A DNA stretch of 63,477 nucleotides, counting the filler, from Asterionella formosa (lineage: Eukaryota), in the NCBI GenBank assembly GCA_002256025.1. It is 17 parts of 17 records of this genome, joined end to end, with 100 filler letters (N's around TTAATTAATTAA, not from the genome) between each part and the next. Parts side by side here need not be neighbours in the genome. Positions count along the whole stretch, not along the records: positions 1 to 21,140 come from NKIB01003086.1; positions 21,241 to 22,531 come from NKIB01003089.1; positions 22,632 to 23,940 come from NKIB01003090.1; 14 more parts are not named here. The stretch is one strand, 5' to 3'. A program made the translations under genes and the position numbers. Every line of letters begins with the position of its first letter. Position 1 is the first letter of the stretch. This document shows positions 11,809 to 22,776 of this stretch, in pieces. A model generated the notes under the pieces. That model did no database searches. It was not told the origin of the DNA and saw only the letters and a list, made by a program, of their open reading frames with translations.

Positions 11809-14466
11809 ATGGCAAGGCATCAGAGGATCAGTGCCGCTATTTCACAGGTTCCTCGCCTCACACGGAAGGGCTCGTTTCAGGGAAATCGTCTGCTATCAAT
11901 GTATCGCTTAAATGACATTGCGACTTTCCAGCAAACCCTTCCGTCGATTGCTCGGTTCTCGACATTCATGGAGGATCACAGTAAATTGGACGAATCGCAA
12001 CAGCAGAGCGCGAGAATTCAAAAAATGCAAGACAAAACTCTTCAATTGGTACAGATGCCAGTGGGCCAATGGACTTCGGTTGAGATTTCAACAGCCAATA
12101 CCGTCATTGATCAATGGCTCGCACTAGATGATCATTCCCGACAAAAAACAGGTAGAGCTACTCAGGTTTTTCGACGATGGCTGATCGAGCTTGAAGAGGG
12201 GAATCCTCTCGTTAGACAACCGAATGTCGTGGATATTTTGCATCGAATACTTTATGCTTGCATATCTGTTACCAACGACCAGAATTTTAAGAACTCGAGG
12301 CGATTGGTGGAAACACTTGAGAGGCTCAGTGTAAAGCATGGAAATAAGTCCCTCTTGCCCGGCGACAAAGCGTATTCCATGCTTATGCAGATCTTAGCTC
12401 AAACACATGGAACCGAACCAGAAACATGCAACAGGGCAGAAAAGTTGTTGGAGCAGCGCCTGAGTTACGCTGGAAAACAAGGGTGTGACTTGATAATGTG
12501 GAATGCTGTGCTGCAAGTATTGGCAGAGAACAGTCCGTACAACAATGAAGCGTCCGAGAAAGCTGAGAAGATACTGAGAGCCATGTCAGTTAAACCCAAT
12601 GAGATCACTTTCTCGATGGTCCTGAATTCACTCGCGAGAAGTAAGAACCCAAACGCAGCTTATAGAGCTCATGGTCTCCTTGAAAATATGCTTGAAAACA
12701 ACTCTATCAAAGTTAGCGCTTGGTGTTTCAACGTTGTCATCAATGCCTTATCAACCCTTGGAACTCCTGAAGCGGCAGAAGCAGCTGAAGATCTGTTGTG
12801 GAAGATGGTTCAACTCACCAAGGAAGGAAGGCGTGAATGTGAGCCAAATACTTATACGTTTTGTTCTACGATCCACTGCTGGGCAAAATGTGGGGCCCGT
12901 TTCGGTCCTGAACGGGCTGAAAGAATTATGCGACTGGTACCAGAATTAGCAAACGAGTTTGGTTGGGATATCAAACTCGATCAGCACTCGTATCATGCTA
13001 CGATTGACGCTTGGGCAAGCAGTGGGCTACCAGATGCCGTTCGCCGTGCAGAAGATCTGTTCTATGAAATGGAACGGGCGTACCGTGATGGCGACGCCTC
13101 CCTTCACCCGAACGAATATACCTTCACAACCATTATCAAAGCAATTTCACGTTCAGGAGAAAAGGGTGCGGGAGAGCGAGCTGAGAATATTCTATCCAGG
13201 ATGGAAGATCTCGCGAAAAGTGGTAACAACCAAATCCGGTTAGGTTCCATTTGCTACGCTGCAACCATAAACGCATGGGCCAAAAGTCGCGAAGTAGGTG
13301 CTCCAGATCGAGCCCTAGCAATCCTTCGTAGGATGCAAAAGTGCAATGAAGAAGGAAACGAAGACATCGTACCAAGTACAACTGCTTACAACTCAGCAAT
13401 CGCTGCATTTGCAAATATTGGTGATTCTGAGACTGCAATATCACTCATGGATGAAATGATTGATCAAACGGCACGTGGCTTTAAGGGTGTTGCCCCAAGT
13501 CTACATACTTACTCGTCGGTTCTCAATGCTTTGGCGAAATCTCGGGTACCATTGTCAGCTCCCAAGGCAATGGAAATATTGGAAAAATTGGAGGGTCTCT
13601 GCGCAGCTGGGGACAAGGAAATGTGCCCAAATCAAGTTGTCTATAGTGTCGCGATAAATTGCTTGGGAAACAGTACAGACTCCGATGCGGCTGAGCAAGC
13701 GGAAGCTATCTTTTGGAAGATGCAAAGCTTCTATGAGAAAGGCCACGATAGATGCAGACCGAATGCTCACACTCTCTCTGCTGTATTAAATACATATTTG
13801 GCGTCTACCGAGAAACGGAAGGAAGAAATTCCTGCTCGTGCCAGCTCCATTATAGAGTGGGCCGAACAGGAAGCCCAGCGAGGCAACAAAGGTGTATTGC
13901 CGAATCGAATCTGTTACAATATTCTAGTTGGAATTTGGGCAAAATCTGGGTTGCGTAATGCCTCGGCGGAAATTGTTTCCATTGTGAGGAAAATGAAAAA
14001 TCATTCAGATCCACGTTTTGCACCTGATGTCACAACCTACAATTGGATGATGACTGCAATCGTTGTTGCAAAACATCCTGATGCGGCAATGCAATGTCAC
14101 AGAATTCTCAGAAATATGCAACTGCTCTTTGACAATGGAAAGGGAAATCAGGAAGTCAAACCCACTCGTCGTTGCTTTCACTGTGTTCTTGAAGCCTGTT
14201 TGCTTCCCAACCAGTCTGATGATTCAAGAACCTTCATTCTTCGTGACATGGCCGAACAAATTTTAAATTTCAGGTATTGGAAACCTTCATCAAACACATT
14301 CGTTCTCTTCTTCCGTGGGTTGGCAAGTATCAGCGGTAAACCAGATATGCTTTTGCCACGAAAAGTGATGCAACAAGCTATCAATCTGGATCTTGTTGAC
14401 GGATTGGTTCAGGAAGCCTTCGATCAGCTAGAATCACGAACTCTGTCGTGGTCATCAAAAAATTGA
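11809..14466 (+). CDS. Pentatricopeptide-repeat (PPR) protein, probably organellar
   Basis: Repeated PPR helices (PNEITFSMVLNSLARS, PNTYTFCSTIHCWAK, PNEYTFTTIIKAISRS, PDVTTYNWMMTA); basic transit-peptide-like N-terminus. Confidence 0.9.
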   Translation: MARHQRISAAISQVPRLTRKGSFQGNRLLSMYRLNDIATFQQTLPSIARFSTFMEDHSKLDESQQQSARIQKMQDKTLQLVQMPVGQWTSVEISTANTVIDQWLALDDHSRQKTGRATQVFRRWLIELEEGNPLVRQPNVVDILHRILYACISVTNDQNFKNSRRLVETLERLSVKHGNKSLLPGDKAYSMLMQILAQTHGTEPETCNRAEKLLEQRLSYAGKQGCDLIMWNAVLQVLAENSPYNNEASEKAEKILRAMSVKPNEITFSMVLNSLARSKNPNAAYRAHGLLENMLENNSIKVSAWCFNVVINALSTLGTPEAAEAAEDLLWKMVQLTKEGRRECEPNTYTFCSTIHCWAKCGARFGPERAERIMRLVPELANEFGWDIKLDQHSYHATIDAWASSGLPDAVRRAEDLFYEMERAYRDGDASLHPNEYTFTTIIKAISRSGEKGAGERAENILSRMEDLAKSGNNQIRLGSICYAATINAWAKSREVGAPDRALAILRRMQKCNEEGNEDIVPSTTAYNSAIAAFANIGDSETAISLMDEMIDQTARGFKGVAPSLHTYSSVLNALAKSRVPLSAPKAMEILEKLEGLCAAGDKEMCPNQVVYSVAINCLGNSTDSDAAEQAEAIFWKMQSFYEKGHDRCRPNAHTLSAVLNTYLASTEKRKEEIPARASSIIEWAEQEAQRGNKGVLPNRICYNILVGIWAKSGLRNASAEIVSIVRKMKNHSDPRFAPDVTTYNWMMTAIVVAKHPDAAMQCHRILRNMQLLFDNGKGNQEVKPTRRCFHCVLEACLLPNQSDDSRTFILRDMAEQILNFRYWKPSSNTFVLFFRGLASISGKPDMLLPRKVMQQAINLDLVDGLVQEAFDQLESRTLSWSSKN

Positions 14467-14562
14467 ATCATGTATGGAATATTTTTTCTAGAATTATCTA
14501 GTTTCTATCTAGCAAGCTCGTCGTAGAACAGCGACCTTAGCGGCAGCCAAAATACATAATAT

Positions 14563-16677
14563 TCAAAGTCTAGATGCTGTAAACTTCCCGGCCCCGTCCT
14601 TGATTAGTTTGCGGAGATGTGGTTCATAACCAGGTCCAGGTTCAATTTGATTGAGAGGGTCTCGCATCGCAGCCTTCATAAGTGCAGGATAGACATCACC
14701 ATCGAAACGTCCTAAAGCACTCTTCAATCGGAAATCTGAGAAGTCTCTTGCGTCGACCAAGGCAACTGCATTGGGTCTGACAATGCCCAAAAGCTTGAGC
14801 ACATTGGATCGAACCCAACTAGCTTTCTTTGCAGAAAGGTATCCATCCTCCAGAAAGTCACCAATATCCTTTTCCATCCAATAAGACCCGAAAAGGCGAG
14901 CCAAATCACCTAGAACTTCAACTTCTTGTGGTCCAATTATCCCGACTTCTTTCTCCTCTTTGATGCCCTCCACGAAATTGTTTAGGAGCAACAAAAGAGC
15001 ATATCCTCGTGACGCACGTGACATCTGAATAAGGGCATCGTTCCAAGCTTGCTGTGTAGTCTTTCCATTCAAGACATCTGATTGAATTTGCTGAGCGCAT
15101 TCAGCCAAAAGTCTGGCAGCTCTGTGGCGGAACGCACTAAGTAGGACAGTGAGATCCATTAGATTGCTCGCTGATTGAGCTGGACATCGTATTACATGGC
15201 CATTTTTTATGGAATGTAATGAGGAAATTAGGTGCTGTGCATCACAGGAATTGTAGGATGAAAGATCCTCGTTGTTTTGCACTGATTGGACCAACTTAAG
15301 GAGAACTTTGATTACTTGTTGAGGAAGCATTTGATTGTCACCCTCTACAGTTGGGTTTTGTAAATAAGTGGTAAGGAGCTCAGGTAAACCTGAACATGTT
15401 AAGAAGCCATGGCCACCGCAAGCCTTTCGGCAATCTTCAATGCCATCGGAGGCAACAGTGGTCGTGAAAGACTTGAGACTGGAGGTTGATGCATGAATGT
15501 CCGCAACCTCCATCTTACTTACAGTACCGTTGTTGACCAATCTTTGTTCGATTTCAAGCAGGCGCTTCAACACCAATTTTCCAGTAAAGAAGAAACAATA
15601 GGATGCTGATAAAAGCGGAAAGATACGATGCTGTTGTTGTTTGTAATCCAAAACTTGAACTTCAGTGGTACCACTCTCGTCGTATCCTTGCCGACGTACA
15701 GCAGAGTACCGCGTGGCAATAGTGCATGCCATGGATAGATTTTTCCCGGCTTCATTTACAATATAAGCGCGAACTTGCATCATGGTAATGTAGGCCACCT
15801 TAGAGGCAGCCTCAGACACTGATTTTTTGCTGTATACTCCATTCACGTCGACTTGAGAAAAACGCATAGCCATGTTTCGTCGAGGAATCTTGACATTATC
15901 GAAGCGCGCAAAGCCATTGTCCATTGTGTTATACCCAATCTTGGGTCCAATATCTCCAGTTGTGACTCCGGGCAAGAGCTTGTGATCATTCAATGATCGA
16001 AGAGGGACAAGAAAGTTGTGAACCCCACGATCAACGCCGGTACCATCAATCAATCGAGCGATCACCATGGCATGATTCGCTGTGCGACCAAGTGTTCCGG
16101 GCCAAAACTTGGCACTAGTGAGAGTAGGAGAGTTGATGATCCAGCTCCCACCAATTTCGCCACCACGAGATTCTGGCAGGAAGGTAGCCGTCGTTTCCAG
16201 AGCACGAACGTTTGATCCATGACCAATCTCAGTCTGAGCATAACAACCGATCATTCGCCAATCACGACACATGGGCAACCATAGGGCTTGCTGTTCGTCA
16301 TCACAAAGACTGCGAATGTTTGGAACAAACATAACCCAGTGCAGGCTTGTGGGAAGATCATCGGCTAGAGCCGCAATGACAGTGGGAAAGTCCTTATCCA
16401 GAACAATCTCCCCGCCAGTGTCGTTTCCAATTCCGATCTTTCTGCAGATTTCAACCATACGGACATGCTTGGCTAGAGCGCGTACATGTCGGTCTGTGCG
16501 ATGCAAATATGAGTTTTCGTCGTTGGAGAATACCCCTGTCGGTTCGTGTAGAATGATAGCTTCGATTTGACGCCGCCTCGCTGTCTTTGCTTCGCCACCG
16601 TCAAGAAGATTGGTCAATTTCTCCACCTGGAAGGTTGCCTTGAGCCTCTCCCCCTTCAGATCTGCATTTGGTGCCAT
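14563..16677 (-). CDS. Peroxisomal acyl-CoA oxidase (ACX1-like)
   Basis: GCYAQTEIGHGSNV, KFWPG, YSAVRRQG, CRKACGGHGF, catalytic TVEGDN, SALGRFDGDVY; C-terminal PTS1 SRL. Confidence 0.95.
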   Translation of the reverse strand: MAPNADLKGERLKATFQVEKLTNLLDGGEAKTARRRQIEAIILHEPTGVFSNDENSYLHRTDRHVRALAKHVRMVEICRKIGIGNDTGGEIVLDKDFPTVIAALADDLPTSLHWVMFVPNIRSLCDDEQQALWLPMCRDWRMIGCYAQTEIGHGSNVRALETTATFLPESRGGEIGGSWIINSPTLTSAKFWPGTLGRTANHAMVIARLIDGTGVDRGVHNFLVPLRSLNDHKLLPGVTTGDIGPKIGYNTMDNGFARFDNVKIPRRNMAMRFSQVDVNGVYSKKSVSEAASKVAYITMMQVRAYIVNEAGKNLSMACTIATRYSAVRRQGYDESGTTEVQVLDYKQQQHRIFPLLSASYCFFFTGKLVLKRLLEIEQRLVNNGTVSKMEVADIHASTSSLKSFTTTVASDGIEDCRKACGGHGFLTCSGLPELLTTYLQNPTVEGDNQMLPQQVIKVLLKLVQSVQNNEDLSSYNSCDAQHLISSLHSIKNGHVIRCPAQSASNLMDLTVLLSAFRHRAARLLAECAQQIQSDVLNGKTTQQAWNDALIQMSRASRGYALLLLLNNFVEGIKEEKEVGIIGPQEVEVLGDLARLFGSYWMEKDIGDFLEDGYLSAKKASWVRSNVLKLLGIVRPNAVALVDARDFSDFRLKSALGRFDGDVYPALMKAAMRDPLNQIEPGPGYEPHLRKLIKDGAGKFTASRL

Positions 16678-17637
16678 GATGCTCTGTCGCCGTTAAATGA
16701 TGATTTCTTCTGCCAAACGAGAAGTATTGACGGTACTGTAGTCGTTTGAAGTGTGATGGATCGATGAAGCACCCCTGAAGCTGCAAAGGCTGATGATGAC
16801 ACACTTCTCATTTGTGCTCAATACCGGTATATCATTTCGATCTGAAGGCACATCCTATCATGCACCTTTCTTTGCCTGCTGACGACGAAGCATGGCTGAT
16901 GATTAATTAAGGTTGCTGCATTTGAACCCCTAGCTCGAGGTAGGGTTAAAAAGGTAATATTGAGTCAGACTAATCAAACACATACTTTCCACGTATAAAG
17001 ACTCGGAAATTCGGGGGAAATCTGTCTATTTGGCATAAAGGTAGTAAAAAAACCGAAGTTCCTTTCTGCACTTTCTCGCCAGAAGTTATATACTGATGCT
17101 ATTTCAAACTTACCTATGTACCGGTATCTAAATTGCCTTCAGACCCAGCCAACGTTGAGCTATCGTTGTCCAAAAATTCGACTAAATCGGCCTTTTCTAC
17201 AGTCGCCAAAATATCGGAATCAGAATTACCATGAGCCGAAACGTCATCATCGGAATAGTAGTCATGTGCCGGAATTTTTAGTCCTAAAATCTCCTGTCCA
17301 ACAAATTCCATTGTAAGTGACCACTTCCACATATACAATATGATTGGTCAACATGAATTACTTATGTCCATTTGATTTGCCTGATGATGTGCAGGGCGTT
17401 GCAAACTTACGCCAACCACCGCACTGGATGCACATGTAGCTAATACCAATACCGGTACTATGATTTGTTTTGCATTGAAAGAATGGACAGAGTGTGCTGC
17501 TTTTTCTCTGATGATTTGTTGTGGCCTCCTGCTGATCTTGGTCTTCTACTAATAAAGCCACCCCAGAGCTGTAAGTCTTTCCAGTTTTATTGTCGTGCCT
17601 TCCTTGTTTGACAGCTTCAAATCATGCAGCATGAATT

Positions 17638-17700
17638 TTTTCGTTTCGTTTCGTTTCGTTTCCTTTCCTTTCCTTTTCATTCCTTTCCTTTCCTTTTCCG
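17638..17700. repeat. (TTTCG)n/(TTTCC)n pentanucleotide microsatellite
   Basis: tttcgtttcgtttcgtttcgtttcctttcctttcc... read directly. Confidence 0.85.
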
Positions 17701-19645
17701 ATTGAATTGCGCTTTGTAGGATGCACTATTGTTATGTCCCTTTTCCTTCTGATTCCAGAAGAATTCTTGCAGTTGGGACATTTTCATTCCACATCGTTTG
17801 TATACATCTTCATTGTATTTTGTGACTCCTTGTGTTTGTTGTCCGGCAACTGATGCCACTCTGTATTTTAGACCACCAGATCCTGAAAACACTTTGTTCT
17901 TTGGACATCGTCGTGACACTGCATTGTTCATTCCCTCATTCATCTGTGTATCAAAGGGATGATACAATGAAAGGAGCTTTTCTCCTTCGACTTTTGTTGC
18001 CACTTTTTTCTTTAACCATTTGTATAATTTCGTTTCCTTTTCCTTGTCATGATATTTTCCGTTACTAACACTTTTTCCAGACTTTACAGGACACCATGAC
18101 TCAGAGCAGTAGTAATGCTGGCAACCAAACAAGTGGTTGATTGGTGCTTTGGAGGACTCCGTGAATTCGGTTAGAGAGAGGTTCCGGGTTTTTTTAATCC
18201 ATGCTCCATAATATATCTTTAGTCAGAGACAATCTGCTTTGGAAGGTCGCTCTACACAGACTGGGCCATTGGATTTTAGAAAGGCAGGGCGGAGAAGAAT
18301 GCGGATCCTGCGCGAGGATGGATCAGAAAGAATCCTTGGTTCTGGAATGTGTAGTGGTGGAATTCATCCTTTGTCGGGTTTTTTACCATTTAATGTCCTT
18401 GGCCATTGAAAGTCAGACCGTAGATTTGATAATTCCTTATAGGACCATTCTTTGGAGACAGCTCGAATTGTAGAATCATCATCACAGATGATTGTAGAGT
18501 AGATAACATTGTATTTAGTAATGGCATCAACCAATGCACCCGCATCTGGTTCCATTGCCTTCGAACTTCCAGTTACGAGCAAACATGATGTTTGATAGGT
18601 TTCTTGTGCGTACTGTATAGCCCTGTTGCACACATTACAGAACTTTGATTTTACTCAATAGTCTAGAATCTTTCTCGTGTAGCCACCAATACAGAATGCA
18701 TGGCCACTTACGGAGTTGTATTTATTCCCACTGGATCGCTGCTGCCATCATCCCATATCATAAGTAATGGTGAGTCGCGGCATATTGAGTACAGACATGT
18801 GTTCTGTAACAGGTAGACTATTCCACCACTGGAAATTTCGTCCTTTGTCAGCCCAATCGCCGCGTTCACGCACATTCAGTGTTTGATATATTTCCTCCCG
18901 ACAAGCCCCTTCCATAGCAACAAGAGCTGTTGTTGCCACTTCCGCCTCACCAACTTTCACTTCTACCGCAGTGAAATTACCTTGGTTTGACCAAAATCCA
19001 ACTGCAAGAGGTAAGTTCCTTCATTGCGGAACAAACAATGTCAGCGTCACCAGGTCCCAATCCAGCTTCGTGACAACCAAGAATAAACTGCTGGTTGATT
19101 GCAAACTGTTTTGCTTCTTTTTTCTTTATCTCACCATGGTCTTCATCTTCGTTGTTGCAGCTTCTTGCAGATTCGAGTTTAGCAACCTGTTTTTGGCAGG
19201 TCAAACATGTTATTTTGACGGCACTTGCCAACCCGTAGGTCTCCGATGACACGACAATCAACGGTTGCATTACTGATTTTTCTAACAAGGTTTGTTCCAA
19301 GAAAGAATCACATTTCTCTGCCATGGTAATGTGGTAGGCACTATTGTTTTGTAGGTAAGTTACAAAGGCACAAACAGTTTGTTTACTATATTCGTCAACA
19401 AATGTACTAATACATGTTCTGCAAAACACATTTTCCTGTAGCAATGTCGACAATGAAGGATAATCGATGACTTGATTCCTGCTTTGCTGAAAAGCTGGTT
19501 GAATGGTAGATGTGATTGTTACAGGAGGAGGTTGTTTGATTGTAGGACACCACCGATTCTTATTTTCGTCATTGACTATGTTCCAACGTCCATGACCACC
19601 AACTCCAATTTCTGCTAAAAGACGGCCACCACTGGAGCACGGCAT
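17677..19645 (-). pseudogene. DDD/E transposase with frameshifts and stops
   Basis: Motifs across ORF fragments: CRTC...GLASAVKITCLTC, YDMG*WQQRSSG..YNSVSGH, CNVC, GSSKAME, IICDDDS, TQMNEGMN..VSRRCPK. Confidence 0.8.
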
Positions 19646-19776
19646 GTTGCTTTAGTTGCCTATGTTGTTTGTTGTTATGCATTACTGCTGATGTGGTAAA
19701 TTAAAAAATTATAGAACAACGTTAGCAAAATAATATAGAAAACAAGACGAGTACCACATGCCACCTCACTTCTAGA

Positions 19777-20198
19777 TGATGAGTTTAAAACAACATACGT
19801 ACTAGGTGCAATGATGTAAAATATTCTATTGAAGCAAGTGAACTAATCACTATTAGATTTAGAACATTTAGAAACAGGTTTGAAGCCAGTGTACTCTTCG
19901 TTTCGGTCCTTGCTTTTCAATAGGGATCGAACCCCCTTCAAACAACAGTCAGGAAGTTCCATGCGAACACCTTTTCCCAATGATGAGTTTAAAACAACAT
20001 ACTTACTAGGTGCATTGATGTCAAATATTCTATTGAAGTGAATGAAAATAATAAAATAAACTAATCACTACTAGATTTTGAACGTTTAGAAACTGGTTTG
20101 AAGCCAGTGTACTCTTCGTTTCGGTCCTTGCTTTTCAATTGGGATCGAACCCCCTTCAAAAAACAGTCAGGAAGTTCCATGCGAACACCTTTTCCCAA
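19777..20198. repeat. Diverged tandem duplication (19777-19980 and 19981-20198)
   Basis: Both units run tgatgagtttaaaacaacatac...gcgaacaccttttcccaa. Confidence 0.92.
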
Positions 20199-20464
20199 TG
20201 GTCCACAGTAAACTCTCATTATAACCTTGTAGAGAAGGTTGCGGGCTCTTGACGCCGTAATCTCTTCATCCTTCAGTTTGCTTTTATGATTGAATTTTCT
20301 ATGTCGTGTTCGATACATGTACCAAACAGTAAAGCGTCCTTCTCAACTTCCGTAGAGATTTCCGCTATTTCGTCATGGTCATGGCTGAGAAGACATGATG
20401 CAGGATGCTGCAGATGATCACAAGAACTACACTGTATTGTTTTGTATGTACAAAAGATTCGCAT
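20061..20464 (-). pseudogene. KolX / P2X7 C-terminal 'ballast'-like accessory protein, split by a frameshift
   Basis: CSSCDH..HPASC upstream, then RARNLLY...GPLGKGVRMELPDCFLKGVR...EEYTGFK, fitting the R..Y...LG.G.R..(I/L)P.C....R......YTGF pattern. Confidence 0.7.
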
Positions 20465-21140
20465 GATCTTAGCTAAATAATTATTTACTTGCGTTTACGA
20501 GGTCTACCTAGGTTACCCTGAACATGAACCCAGCCATACTTTTTGTCCTTAAATCTATCTACCGGTATTACTGGTAGTTGAAGGGTGGTAAAAGTAGATG
20601 TCCTCATGTTAGTCTCGTACAACACTGCAGACTGCGCCAGCATTTTTTGCATTCATTTTCCGGGAGTCTGGTACATGATTGTATTAGGAAATGAGCACAA
20701 TTTTCCCCGCCCATATTTATAAAGTACAATAAAACTGTATACCGGAACTCTAGTATGATCAAGATACTCATTGTGCACCACGCAGCACATAATTGTAAAA
20801 TCATGCTGTAAGCATGGAAAACCGCATTGAGGATGATGTCCTCTGCATGGTAAGTTTGATGCATTTGATGCATACTCTGAGCTTCTTCTTCTTACATCCC
20901 TTCCTTCTTTTAAATTTAATCCTATCAGGAAAGAAATTTCATGATTCTATTATGAATGAGGTTAACGTTTTGATGTTGGTGCTTTTCGTTTTGGAATGTT
21001 TTTTGTAATCTTGTTTTTTTGTCTTGCCTTTTGGTCATTCTTGCCAACACTAACACAAGTGATCTACCTTGTTCTACAGAATTGAAAATTATGCGTGGAA
21101 GCTCAGATAAATGAGGTAAGGACGGCCAACCAATATTGTT

Positions 21141-21240
21141 NNNNNNNNNNNNNNNNNNNNNNNNNNNNNNNNNNNNNNNNNNNNTTAATTAATTAANNNN
21201 NNNNNNNNNNNNNNNNNNNNNNNNNNNNNNNNNNNNNNNN
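21141..21240. other. Artificial contig spacer, first of 16 (others start at 22532, 23941, 45178, 46587, 47996, 49404, 50812, 52220, 53628, 55036, 56443, 57850, 59257, 60664, 62071)
   Basis: Identical N44-TTAATTAATTAA-N44 blocks with stops in all six frames. Confidence 0.98.
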
Positions 21241-22531
21241 TGAATCTGTAATTTCCAACACTGATTGGATTTCAGACAAGCCAATTGGATATAGTGTACT
21301 CAATCAATATCAATCAGCCATCCTAGATTTGCATGCACAACAACGGGATGGAGGATGCAACAACATACCCAATGAAGTACTAATGTCTGGCCGTGTCAAA
21401 AGATTGCTGAAGACAGTAAAAATGAGAAAGACACAAATTGCGAAATTGACAAGTGAATTCACGCCATACACTGCTGCTCAAGATATACCAAGACTTGAAG
21501 ATTTTTTCTTTAAAAAAAATTCGTTATCATCCATTTATTCAGTGGCATCTTTACGTGATCGATATTGTCTTTTGATGACAACAAATGGGATCTTAAGAGG
21601 CGAATCACTCTTTAAGTGCGAACTTAGTGATCTTTGTTCCTTGTTACACAAGGATAAAAATAGTCTAGAGGATATTTTAATTCATGTGATGCGCATTGCT
21701 ACTGGGAAACAAATGGTTTAAAGCCTCTTTATGGACGTTGTATTCGACATCGTAATGTCAATGAGTGTGCTATTGGTGCTCTTGGATTTTATTTAATGGC
21801 AAGATTTATGCAGAGTGGGGGAGAAGTAGAATCATTTGATTTTACTTCAAACAAAGCCTGGTTCAATATTAAGCTGTTGACAGATTCTCGGGGATTCGAC
21901 AACACTATTTCAGTAACTGATCAGGATATGCGAGTAACACAAAGAATGCTTGCAGACACCTTGGCATTATTTCAAAACATTTCATGCATTTTGGTCGATC
22001 GGCTGGTTCAGTCAAAGCAGAACTGGATGAACTTGATGGCTATAACATCAATGACCTTGGAAATTGGAATGTGGATACTCGACGTGATGTTTATTCAGCT
22101 AAACTGCCAATGAAAGCCATGCGTGTTATGGCTGGCCATCCAGATGAAAAAGGAAGTTTTTTTTGCCACGAGATCACATCAAACCTTCAATGACCCTGCA
22201 ACAAACAATCTTTCCATTTATTGAAAAAGAAATTGAATCTGTTGATGCAGCTACCAATTCTACCGCCTATGCTTTTCTTAATTTGCTCTCTTGCCTCCGT
22301 GTCATCATTCTGCAAGATGCAGCAACAATGATATTGAATGGTCGGGGTCATTTTTTTTCACATTGGATGTGTTTAACGGTGAAGAGTTCAAAGAATTTTT
22401 AAAGAATATGAGTCATCATCTGAATTTGGTTCAGGATCCAGTGGATCTTAGAATTGACTCTATTTTACCTGGTGTCAGAGATCGATTTACAAATTTGCAT
22501 TCTGAAATGAGAGCAAACTTTTCACAGTTGA
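21241..22531 (+). mobile_element. Crypton-like tyrosine-recombinase transposon fragment (Ndc10 domain II-like), frameshifted
   Basis: YR catalytic set ILRGE, TGK, HFGR, LGNW, DVYS; Ndc10-II-like RHRNVNECAIGALGFYLMARF, LPMKAMRVMAG, IFPFIE, LRVIILQDAA. Confidence 0.82.
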
Positions 22532-22776
22532 NNNNNNNNNNNNNNNNNNNNNNNNNNNNNNNNNNNNNNNNNNNNTTAATTAATTAANNNNNNNNNNNNN
22601 NNNNNNNNNNNNNNNNNNNNNNNNNNNNNNNTGCTATGCTGAGACATCCGGCAATTTCTCTGCTTACAATATAAGGGAACGAGCTTGCCATACTGAGGAG
22701 CTGAACAGAAGATATGCTGCTGCAAGAGAAGAAAATGTTCATCTACCTTATGAACATTACCTTACTACGGGTAGTA

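Larger units (their letters stand above)
16911..20550 (-). mobile_element. Degenerate Kolobok-like (MULE-related DDD/E) DNA transposon with two ORFs; right boundary uncertain
   Basis: TTAA|GG junction at 16907-16912; interrupted transposase and a small accessory ORF on the same strand. No matching second TIR seen before the contig ends at 21140. Confidence 0.65.

Noticed and set aside
1223..16677. Lipid-catabolism gene cluster (lipase, acyl-CoA oxidase, peroxisomal carrier)
   Set aside because: Unrelated genes intervene and the carrier is on a different contig.
20547..20552. CC|TTAA as the right end of the Kolobok-like element
   Set aside because: Sequence inside it does not mirror the left terminus GGTTGCTGCATTTG, so no TIR supports it.
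21185..21196. Regularly spaced TTAATTAATTAA as a biological repeat or CRISPR-like array
   Set aside because: Always centred in N runs; it is a six-frame stop linker.
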